Of a DNA stretch of 64,000 nt, positions 1 to 10,200 are shown in pieces; the stretch's first letter is position 1; each line of letters opens with the position of its first letter. The notes under the pieces are model-generated. The model was not told the DNA's origin. It saw only the letters and a program-made list of their open reading frames with translations, and made no database searches. Source of the stretch: Carpediemonas membranifera BICM (taxonomy: Eukaryota; Protista; Fornicata); contig JAHDYR010000035.1 of assembly GCA_019828565.1 (NCBI GenBank), positions 78,572 through 142,571 on the forward strand. Reading direction: 5' to 3'. The position numbers and the translations under genes are program-made.

Positions 1-644
1 TCTCTGGGCCTGCCAGTCCGTCTCTCTCTCTCAATCTCCCGCGTCTTAAGCTGGTTGACATCGACATGCACCGGGGGTGCATAGCGAAGCTGGTTGACAC
101 TGAGCCCGACCTGCTTGAGAGCCTCCGAGAAGGTGCTCGGCGCTACATGAGACAGTGCGGATGAGGCCTTTGAGAATACTATCCAGGCAGCGAGCTCTTC
201 GGGAAGCTGAAGAGCTCGCTCACTGATGTCAATATCGCGGGCGGAAATAGCTGTCATGCCCGTGTGGCTGATGATAAGAGCCAGCACATTGTAGGGGAAG
301 ACTAGTCGGACAATAGCTTCCAATGCGACAGGCTCAAACTGCCCAAGCGGCTTGACATTGTCTCTGCCGGAGTTTCGGAATGAGTTGACGGCACTGAGAG
401 TGACAGCAGCGGTTGCCTTGTTCAATGATGCAGCAAAACCGGGCACAAGCGATCTAACATCCTCGGACCGGATCACGGAGAGCGCTTCGTCCTCGGTACT
501 CCCTCGCTCACGTTGTACGAATTGAACGAACCGCGAAAGGTTGTTTGCGGCCGCTTTCCGGGAAGATTTCTTACTGATGGTGCACAACCAAGCATTCTTC
601 ACAGCTTCCATGGTTGTTTCCATCTCCTGCGGGCTTCCTTCCAT
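1..644 (-). CDS. Partial ORF running off the window edge; tyrosine-recombinase-like fold, apparently catalytically dead
   Basis: My translation from the ATG at 644 is open to position 1: MEGSPQEMETTMEAVKNAW...SSRKAAANNLSRFVQFV...SLNKATAAVTLSAVNSF (integrase core-binding-like)...LALIISHTGMTAISARDIDI (box I-like, no Arg)...ALKQVGLSVNQLRY (box II-like, no His). Confidence 0.35.
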   Translation of the reverse strand, partial: MEGSPQEMETTMEAVKNAWLCTISKKSSRKAAANNLSRFVQFVQRERGSTEDEALSVIRSEDVRSLVPGFAASLNKATAAVTLSAVNSFRNSGRDNVKPLGQFEPVALEAIVRLVFPYNVLALIISHTGMTAISARDIDISERALQLPEELAAWIVFSKASSALSHVAPSTFSEALKQVGLSVNQLRYAPPVHVDVNQLKTREIERERRTGRPR

Positions 645-1501
645 CGATATACGGATTTCAGACTTTCGTCATGCACAAAAATTCGAATCTCTCCAAATGC
701 CCAAAACAGTGGTCAAACCGTGTTCAGGGGTACAAAAGAGTGCCATAGGCACGTTCTTGCATTTCAAAATATTCTAGAGGTCGTTCATAAATTCTCAGAT
801 GGCCAACAGTACGAAAGTCTGAAATCCATTTATCATGAGACCCGACAAATTTGAAATCCATTTATCGGGTGGATACATCACTGTAGAGGGTATTCATGGA
901 TATAGGTGCCTTTTTCGGTGCCGAGGGGAGTCAAAATTTGAGGTCGTGCAGGCAGAAAGTCTGAATTCCGTTTATCTCACCACTGCTTAGTGTTCATGGC
1001 AGACAACGGCTTCCTGGCTACGCCTGGAGTGTAAGGATTCGCTTGCCTCTGTGTTGTCGCATCAGCTTCGCTGAAAACGGGGGAACTGACCCGCGCATTC
1101 GCGCACTTTATGCTCGCAACGAGATTGAAATGGCGAACTTAAGAATAGAAAGAATACTGGCGGCTTTAACGTAGTAGGCATGTGCACAACATTAAGAATC
1201 ATCAGTAAGCGGGCGCAGAGCATCATTAAAGCAACAATTATCTCTAAACAACATCAAGTACCAAAAGTCCATCAGGACCATACAATATGAACTATAAATA
1301 AACCACAGAGCAGTATAGATGATTTGAGAGTACCAGGCATGGCCAGAATACCGTAATTATCGTCCGTTGATCCACGTGACCTCCATCTTGGTCGGTATCC
1401 AGAGAACCTCCGTCAGACGCTTGCAACGGAACATTTAGGGGGAGCATCCTGAATGGGGCCAGATTTGAGGGACCCTTGGTCTGACATGCCATGACCGAGT
1501 A

Positions 1502-1520
1502 CTCTAGGGGCCTCCACAGT
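1502..1520 (+). repeat. Left target-site duplication of LINE A (CTCTAGGGGCCTCCACAGT)
   Basis: Identical 19-mer at 9761-9779, directly after the (TTTC)n tail. Confidence 0.95.
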
Positions 1521-2080
1521 CCACCAATGTTTTCAGCTAAGTGTTCTCACTTACAACAGGGGTGGATGAAGACCAACAGGCCTGTACTAGAATAGATAGA
1601 ACAGTGCCCCATCGAGCTCAAAAGGAGCGACTATGGCCCCTGTCCAACGAACCAGAAGGTTACATTCAGGGTGCACCGCCGGTTATGAGTGGGAGCTCCA
1701 TAGCCACAGGGACTAGAGAACGAACAATATGGAGCTTAGATTTACAGGGAAAGAGACGGAGAGCGCAGGGAAGGATGTCGGAGCATCGATGGAATGGAAT
1801 TTTCGCCAGCTCAGAGGGAAGGAAGGATCACCGGCGAACAACAGCAGGGGGCCCAGATAGAGGCCGCGAACACACTACGAATGGCGTAACAACGGCCAAA
1901 ATCCAGGGACGGTGTGGCATGAAAATGGCGATGCATTTTTAGAACCGCGCCATTTCGCCGCGAGCCCCAAAACAAACGATCAGGGAAAAATGAGAAAACA
2001 GGGAGGTCCGTGCGGGGACAGTACCTGCGCAGGGCCATGCTGACCGATTTTCGCGTCGATGCATTTGCCAAGCTTTTTTC

Positions 2081-5000
2081 ATGCAGGGAAAAGAGAACAA
2101 CCAGATGAGAGTGGAGATACCAGATAAGATCAGGGAATCCGCTCAAAAAGAGTGGGACACGATTAGAGAGCTACTAACGGACTACTTGATGGAAGAGAAG
2201 GGCACCAGAACGCTACTACTGCGTCGCGCAGAAGATTTTTCAGGGAGATCGTTCGGAGCTAGCTCCAGAAGCACGAAAAGAGGTGATACTGAATGCGAGG
2301 AGAGTGCTACGTGCCGCAGGGATCACCAACAACAGAGACGAGATCCTCCGTAACCCCAACGGAATCCTAGGGCTTCGAGACATCTTCTACGCAATGACAG
2401 AGGCCTTAGACCCGAGAGAGGACGAAGAACGGCGCCTAGCAGAGGCCAAGGAGAACGTCACCATCCAACCAGGGCACAGGGACATGAGCAAGTGGCCTTC
2501 CGACCACAAGATCGAAGAGGCCATCCTCCAACCGAGAGAACAGAGCAACATCGAGTGGGACAGTGAGAGAGACAGCATTGAGGGCAGAGAGACGGGCACA
2601 TTCACGCTCACATCAGGGTATGGAGATGAGAAAGCCGTCGAGGCCATCGCAGGAGAGGAGGTGTGGGACCCCACTAACCAGGGCCTGGTCACCAGGATCG
2701 CTATGGAGCAGGACGATGGCACCTACAAGGTCCTCATCGACATCAGAGATTGCAGAGCATGGCAGATCACCAGATTCATGGAGGAAGGCAGGGACATCCT
2801 CAGGTTGCAGGCCCCGGAGGCGCCGGCGGTCTGGCAGGCAGCTTGGTGCAAGACAGGAGTCAACACGGAGGGCAGAGGCGCAATAAGGGCACAAGGACAG
2901 GAGACGCCGCTCAGCAACAAGCTCGTCTTCTCTGACGTCAGGGCCAGGGTGATCAATGCCACCAGCCGCCGCCAAAAGAGGGACAGGGAAGAAGAGTCAG
3001 ACAACGAGAGCGGCGCACAGACCAGCCAAGAGGAAGACCCCAAACCCAAGGTCGTGTTGACACAAGCGGAAGGAGTGAGCGCCAGAAGGGGCCTTGGAGC
3101 CGAGCTTGATCAGCAGGAAGAAGAGAGCATACCCCGAGCATCAGAGGGAAGTGCATCAGCAGGGAGCCTACCGGAGGCATTGCAGAGTCAGGGTCAGAAG
3201 AAGCTCATCCTCGGTTCTATCGACTTCGAGTGTGGAGATCCTGGGAGTGAGAGGGCAGGGATCAGTGCGGTGCCGACAGAGGGGGGGCTCGTGCTAGTGG
3301 ACGTCGAGACGGGGGAGGTCGTTGGCCATGGCCACGGCCTCTTCTATGAGCCCAACCTGCCGGCCAACAAGGTGGACCAGAGCAGATACGCGACGTGGGC
3401 AGTGACGGGGATTCCCCCAGCGACGTTCGTGGAAGTGGACACAGGGGAGGTGCCGATGGACTATCAGCAGCACTTCAGCAGATTTAGAGAGTGGGCCACG
3501 CGGCTCGCAGCCAAGCTGAGAGACAGAGAGACCAGGGAGAACTGGAAGCTAGTCCTTCATGCCAAGGGCGTCCACATGGAGAAGTTCCTCCTGACGAACG
3601 AGGTCAACGGGCTCAACAGGGACACCAGGGACTTCTTTAGAATGAGGCTGGTGGACGATAGCGAGCTGGCCGACGCCATCGAGGAGCTCGCCCCGGATAA
3701 GGCAAGAGAGTACAGGGCAAACTACGAGATCAAGAACTACAGGGAGATGGCAGATATATGGGCCAGCCAATGGCAGCGCAGGGAGCTCCCGAAGGGGGCC
3801 TGTCCGTACCACAGGCACACTGCAGGGTGCTACCATTGTGCGCTGGCAGATGCAACGTTGTTCGCGGCGAAGGTGTGGGGCATGATGCTGAAGAAGATGA
3901 GCACGCCGGATCTGGAGAGTGCGATGGGTAACGCTTTCAACAGCATGTATGACACGGTCAGGGACGCAGGGATCAGAGACGATCTCTGCGGAGGCAACGG
4001 AGTAGCGTACAGGCGTGAGACCTTCAACATCTTCGGAGGGCACCCGTACGGCAACAGCAGGGACCTAAGCAGGGAAGAGGGCGACCGCATCCTAGTGGTC
4101 CCGGACAACGATCACTGCTATGGGATCGGCTTCGGATTCAGCGAGGTCATTAAGGGTATGAAGGGCATCTATTGGCCCCAACCACGGTCATGGAGAGAGG
4201 AGTCATCACGAGAGTCCCCATATGGTCGATCCATGAGAACACGACCCACATTCAGAGACTGATGTTGCAGGGAAGAGCTGGCAGGGCAGTTACTAGGGAC
4301 GAGGACATCGTCACCATCGCGATGGTCTACAGCTGGTGGCCCTCAAGGGAGGATACTGCTCATCAGGGTCAGCCGGGAGTCCACGACCTGGCAGAGAGCG
4401 TCAGACGCGAGGAGAAAGCCATAGCGAACGTCAGGGCACCCCCAGGGTATAGCGCAACCATCAGAGCGGCCTTCATCCGAGAGACTGGGGCTGTATCAGG
4501 GTCAGAGAGGCAGGGACGACACTGGGACGGATGAAGAAGGTGGGGACCCGTATGGTGTCCACGACCATCCCGCCAGAGGATAACTGCAAGATCACCCAGA
4601 GGCCGACGGTTAAGTACATCCCGTCAAGAGATGGAAAGGAGGAGAGACCCTACACGGTCGATTAGTACTGGCCGGCAACCCAGTCAGAGACGAGAGGAGC
4701 CAGTTGCTCGATCCAATAGCCCTTCCTCTCGACTGTTGCCGGAGAGAAGTGCTCGGCCTGCTCCTCGAGGAAGGAGCGGTACTCGTCGGTGTCGTCCTCT
4801 TCCGGGTCTCTGGCTGCCAGGAACGCGGTGATGTAGCCCGCTACCGTTCTCTTGGACTCATCTCTTCGCATGTGTGCAAGGCTGGGGTGGTTGCGGACGC
4901 GCTCGAAAACGTCGGGAAGGCGAGGGCTAGCAGGCGAACTGTGCCGTTCGGGCGCTGCGTGTATTTGAGAGCAGCCTGGTCCTCGGCGGCGAGCTGACTG

Positions 5001-5218
5001 TGGTGTACCGAGAAGGTCAACTTGCAGGTTGCTCTGGACTTGAGGAGGCGGAGCTCTGGCGCGACTGTGTATGGTACGACGAGGAAAAGTGATGCCGGCC
5101 AGGCTCTTGGGGGGAACGTAGTCGGGGTCCCTGGGGTCGACATCAACAACAGGGGATGGCAACCGAGAACCAGAGCGATGATGGCAGTGACAGTGGCAAC
5201 TCAACGGAGACCGATTAA
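2081..5218 (+). CDS. LINE A ORF1 (main frame 2283-4262; frameshifts near 2240 and 4172; interrupted by a DIRS fragment); DEDDh/Maelstrom-like nuclease domain at about 3201-3880
   Basis: Motifs SIDFEC...PTEGG...TGIPPATFV...AKGVHME...CPYHRH...HCALAD. The 4172-4534 frame aligns with LINE C ORF1 (GIGFGF...QGRAG...WWPSRE). The acidic C-terminus (stop at 5216-5218) resembles the LINE C ORF1 end. Confidence 0.8.
4670..5140 (-). mobile_element. Antisense fragment of a DIRS-type element (MT C-terminus plus YR N-terminus) inside LINE A ORF1
   Basis: RDESKRTVAGYITAFL...RKGYWIEQLAPLVSDW matches RNESSRRTAAGWVAKFL...RKGYWICEAAPLVSDW of ORF 21656-22474. The overlapping frame LFLVVP...VRLLALAFPT matches the pol C-termini of the DIRS elements in this window. 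Confidence 0.85.
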
Positions 5219-5283
5219 GCAGGGTAAAGTGGTATTCTTTGAGAGTGATAGTGACAGTTGTGAGTTCTTTTCTTTTAATCCAA

Positions 5284-5536
5284 CCCTGGCTCCCACCCAG
5301 GGTCCGGCATTAGCTGAAATGCACTGCCGGTGGGCTGTGGCGGCAGCCAAAGGGGGGGTCACGCCAATGCGCCCCCTCCTAAGTATCCCTGCCCGAAGGT
5401 AAGGATGGTCACCAGGGTAACCCATAGTTGGCCCGCCATGGGTAACCGGAGCCGGCACGAAGGCCCCGTGACGGGACAAGGGCAGATTGCAGGGAATTTC
5501 CGAAAATTCGCAGGATAGGAAAGACGGAGTACAAGA
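5284..5536 (+). promoter_or_regulatory. Conserved structured inter-ORF RNA element of LINE A (candidate IRES, ribozyme or promoter)
   Basis: Serial hairpins CCCTGG/CCAGGG, CCGGCA/TGCCGG, GGCTG/CAGCC, GGGGG/CCCCC. Homologous segments at 51468-51733 and 59275-59673 show compensatory changes. Confidence 0.65.
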
Positions 5537-8500
5537 ATGGAAACGATCAAGATAGCGAGCCTGAACACTGAGGGACACATCGGGAAGGGAAAGGACTTCA
5601 CGGCCTCAATGGCAACGGCTATAAGGATGAAACTGAGCGACACAGATGCAGTATGCATCCAAGAAACGTGGAGGACGGCGAATACGAGGGTACACAACTT
5701 CATAGACTTCGACTACGCAATGGCAGGGAAGGAAACAGAGGAGGAGCTAGCTATGGACAACGAGAGGAGGAAGAAAGAAGCCCAAAGCCAGCGCCGAATA
5801 GATGCCCAGCTGGGCATAGCAGGGAGCAGTAGCCGGACGCCCAGGACGAGGGGTACTAGAGAAGGAGTGGGCACAATCATCAACCCAAGAGCAAGAGGGA
5901 GCTGGGACGTAGGCATCACAGATAGCTTATCAGGGAGGATACAGGTGAGCATACTCAGAACCCATAGGGACATCCTGGTGATCAACGTGTATGGCCCACC
6001 GGTCGGCCACGGAAGGGAGGAGAAGGACGAGTTCAGGGACGGAATAAGGAGCATTATGGAGATGAAAGGAGAGATGGAAACAATCATCATAGGGGACTGG
6101 AACCTCGACCCCAAAAGGATAGCCACAATGGCAAGATGGAAGGACCTGATCAGGGACTATAAGCTGGGAGCAGTGATCCCCATGGAAGGTACCCTCACCA
6201 AGGGAACTACCACTCCGGACTTCGCGCTGGTATCATCAGGGATCAGAGGAGCAAGGATAGAAGTACTGGATGCTAGTCGACTCGGAGTCTGGGGGTCAGC
6301 CCACAACATGATAAGACTGGAATGGAGGGAACAACGGATCCAACGGACTACAAAGAGAGAGGAAGTCCTAGACATACCGGGCGTCAGAGTGTGGAACATG
6401 AGGAAGAAGGCTGAACGCACATCAGTCAGAAGACTGCACCGTTTTAAGAGCCTGGATGAGTGGGAGGAGGATATCAGGAAGGATATGGGCGAGCCGTCAG
6501 GTCACCCAGGCAGTGGAGACAGGGAAGAGGTCATCAAAGAAAAGGTGTGGTCGGAGCTCCGGCACACACCATGGACAGAAGAGGGAAACAAGACCAGAAG
6601 TGAGATCATGAAGCGTGAGCTACAGGCCTTCTGGGGAAAACGCAGGGAAGAGTGGATCCAGGACCTCAGCCGGAGCGCGAAGGAAGGATACAAAGCATCC
6701 AGGTCCATGGTGGAAGCAGCGGTAAGAAGATGGTGGTGTGAAAACCAGTTCAAGGGCATGCCAGAGAGCATACTGAAGGACGGGAAGATTACCACCAACA
6801 AGGAAGAAATAGGTAAGATCCTCCTACAACAGTATGCAGGAGTGAGCAGGGGCAGGGAACCGGAGTGGAAGGATAGAGGCAATGGAAAGAGGGAGGACGA
6901 ATTTAAGGAGAGAGAAATACGAGAAGCGATCAGAAGGACAAAGAGGGACACTGCACCGGGACCGGACCACACTACAGGGGACATGCTCAGGGACACAGAT
7001 GACCAGGGGATCGCTCAGATAACTAGGCTCATGAACAGGGTATACAGGGAGGGCAAGATCCCGACAACATGGAAGTATGCTACAGTCTCGGCCATCCACA
7101 AGACAGGGAAGCCCAGAGTGAAGCCGGAGTCGTACAGACCCATCTCGCTAACACCACTACTGTATAGGGTGTATGGTAGGCTCCTGAAGAGAAGATTAGA
7201 AGCAGCCACATGGCACCTCATCCCAAGAGAGCAAGCAGGGTTCCAATCGGATAAGGACGTAATACAACAGATACAATACATCGTGCAGAGACACCAGGAA
7301 GGGGGGGAGACCACGTCGATCTTCCTAGACATAGAGAAAGCCTATGACACCGTCCCGAGGGACATCCTCATGGATAAGCTGCAGGGAATGGGGGTCGAAG
7401 ACCACCTCATCAGGGCAATACAGAGTACACTAGAAGAGACATGGATCTCGGTGAAGGGGGCAGGGTCATGGGAGAGAACAAACAGGGGAGTGAAGCAAGG
7501 ATGTGTCCTAGCGCCGACCCTGTTCGTTTTGTTCATGGCAAACTGGCCTCACCTGGTCAGGAAGAAGCATCAGGGACAAGAGTACGATATCAGGGAACCA
7601 CCAACGGAGTTACCAAGAGCCCGGGACACGCTGCCGGCCACCCTAACCATGTTCGTGGACGATACAGCGGTCACAGGGGAGACACCGGAAAAGAGCAAGA
7701 TAGTGGCGAACCTAGTCATAGAAGTTATCAAGGAGCACCTCATGAGGGCAAATGCACAAAAGAGTGAGATGATCAGTGTAGACAGGGCAGCAGTGGCGAG
7801 AGTGGGGGAGTTACCCTAATGGCAAAAGAGGAAGCTAAGTACCTAGGTCTCTGGATAGCCAGCGGAAAAGACCCACTGGCAGCCTGTATCAGAAAGAAGC
7901 GGGAGCAGAGCGAAAGGTACAAGAAGCTAGTGAGAAGAGTGGGATGGACCAGAGGCAACATGCCGGCGCTAGCCAGCAGGCTCCTCCTCGAAGTTTACAT
8001 ATGGCCGAGGATAATGTTTGGAGTGGAGGTGTGGGGCTACGCAGCAGGGGGGAACAAGATATGGACGGATTGGCAGGGCATCATGGCCGGAACAGGCCCA
8101 GGTGGGGGCTCGGTCATGCGCATCTTGAACGGATGGATGGACCTGCAAGCCCACCTGGAGATGCTAGCAGTCAAGAGGATCGTGACAAGCAGGGGCCAGG
8201 ATATACCAATCAGAGACAGGGTCTGGAAGGAGGGATCGATTATGTGGAAAGCCAGGGACTCAGTGAACGCACTCCTCAGAGGAACAAGAGAGGGAGCAAC
8301 GAATGCAGGGAAGATAGACTTTGGTAGGGAGATGGTAAGAATGAACTGGACCAGGAGGTGCAAGAGCAAGACAGCGGTGGGGCTCATGGAAGTCCTAGGA
8401 CCCAAACGTATGGGAAAGTGCATGGCGGGGAAACCGGCCATAAGTAGGAAGACAGGGAAGTGGCAGTCAAGGGCAGAGTGGAAAAGGATAGTGTCGGTGG

Positions 8501-8986
8501 CAGCGAATGTCAGCCCGTCTCCATCATCAGCGGAAAGGGGAGAAGGCCCAGAGCGAGCGCTGGCGGACCTGGCGATGGGTGAGGAACTCAAACACAAGAT
8601 ACAAAGGAGGTGCCCCCTGTGCACAAAGGAGAGCGAGATAGAGTTACTGTGGCAAATAGCGAGAGAGCAGCCAAACCAAGCCAGGAAGCAGGCACTAATC
8701 AGGGGAGTGGGTAAGGGGTCAGCCGCTGGGATCGGCGGCCCACATTATGTGTGAGTGCCCAGAGGTTGAAAGAGGAGATGACTGGGAAAAGATATGGAAG
8801 ACAGCTAAGGAGAGGACCAGGGAATTGCAAGTCAGAAGAGGCCCGAATGGGAGGTGGTATGAGAAGAGGCCAATCTTAGAGGTGCAACAACTAGTGTTAA
8901 CAGGGTCGGAAGAGATATGGGAAGGACTGCGAGCTGGGCTGAGAGCCCTGGCAAAGGTCTATGATAGCTATAGAATAGATGGATAG
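5537..8986 (+). CDS. LINE A ORF2: AP endonuclease, reverse transcriptase and C-terminal CCHC (frameshifts in G-runs near 7805 and 8702)
   Basis: APE: SLNTEG, CIQET, INVYGP, GDWN, PDF, SAH. RT: APGPD, YRPISL, LDIEKAYD, GVKQG, FVDD, KYLG. C-terminal CPLC...HIMCEC. Copy B is in frame at both shift sites. Confidence 0.95.
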
Positions 8987-9760
8987 ATAAGGAACACCAC
9001 ATCCAGAAAGGGGGCAGGGAAGCATAGACTCTGGGATCAAGGGGAGACCCCCCATGTTTCCCAGGGAGAGGGCAGGGCCAGGGACAGAGGAAATCCATCA
9101 ATTGGATGGTTGCACCACTCGCGGTGAACCTAAGGAAACTGCAGGGACTGAGCATGGGATACGGGGGGACATGACGTCCCCGCCGCCCTTGTGAACGATA
9201 GAGGGACGCTGGGAAGTGTAGCACAAGAGAACTATCATAAGGGGTACTAGGCCTTGCAGATCTAGAGTCTGTGTTAGCCCTAACCCACGCCGCCTAACAG
9301 GGGGTAGATGAGAGGGACTTAGTTGCTTTCCCCGCCCACGGGTAGGCCACTTAACAGGGTCGTGGGGGCACTGAACAGGGAATCTGGAAAGAGGAGAGGG
9401 TGCCATGCTTGAACGACCCCGTAGGGACTGCAGGGAATCAGGGAGTGCTATAGAGAAGGTCTTGCAGGACAAACCTGCCTGTGGAAGCACCGAGGACAGA
9501 CCCCCAGGCTCCCTGGAAGCTGCCGGGTTTACAGGGAGACAGGAAAGCGCTCAGCGCACGGAGATGGCGAAGGCCTATGGGGGGAAGTGAAATCGGGAGT
9601 GAGCGGAAGCAGTAGCACCGAATCGCTCGTTGGACGCAGCTGACAAGTTCAATCGCAGGGAGGAGGCAGCGCCCCGGGGAACTCGGCTCCAGTAATAAGG
9701 GAGATCAGCCTAAGTAACCGGGGCCCGATACCAGGCACCATAAATTTTCTTTCTTTCTTT

Positions 9761-9779
9761 CTCTAGGGGCCTCCACAGT
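9761..9779 (+). repeat. Right target-site duplication of LINE A
   Basis: Identical to 1502-1520. Confidence 0.95.
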
Positions 9780-10200
9780 GCGTCCCGAGGTACGTTATAG
9801 CACCACAGACCTTCCCCCAAAAGCTGACTCCTGGACCCCTTGGCCGGAGCTCGCCGAAACGTGAAAATCGGCGATGATTTCTCCGTATAACTTCATAGGG
9901 GGTTATATGGGGCTCGTTTTAGCCGCAGATAACGTCTCTTGGCCATATTAAATTTGTGAAAGGCCCCGGCTCGCTGGCCGGACGATTTAATCAGCATCGG
10001 CGAGAATGGACGTGTGGGTAGGGCTAGGGGTGTGATGACGGCTGGTGGTAGTCACGGTGTGAGTGCTTACAAGCCGCAGGCGATATACATAAACTTTTAG
10101 TAACCATTTAACGTCTCTTGGCGATATACGATGCTAGACTTGTTCACTTGGCTGGAAGAAGCCACTGAGTTCGATAAGAAGGAGCTAATGACCAAGATCA

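Larger units (their letters stand above)
1521..9760 (+). mobile_element. LINE A: full-length non-LTR retrotransposon (ORF1 with DEDDh/Maelstrom-like domain; ORF2 APE-RT-Zn knuckle)
   Basis: Bounded by a 19-bp TSD. Ends in ATAAATTTTCTTTCTTTCTTT. The 3' 4.2 kb is near-identical to the inverted copy at 43320-47478. Confidence 0.95.

Noticed and set aside
813-976. Three imperfect GAAATCCATTTATC repeats as a CRISPR array or transposon subterminal repeats
   Set aside because: Short, degenerate and irregularly spaced; eukaryotic context with no cas genes and no matching other end.
1521-1620. HDV-like ribozyme at the 5' end of LINE A
   Set aside because: I could not build the P1/P1.1/P2/P3 nested pseudoknot by eye; only a short CCACC/GGTGG pairing is visible.
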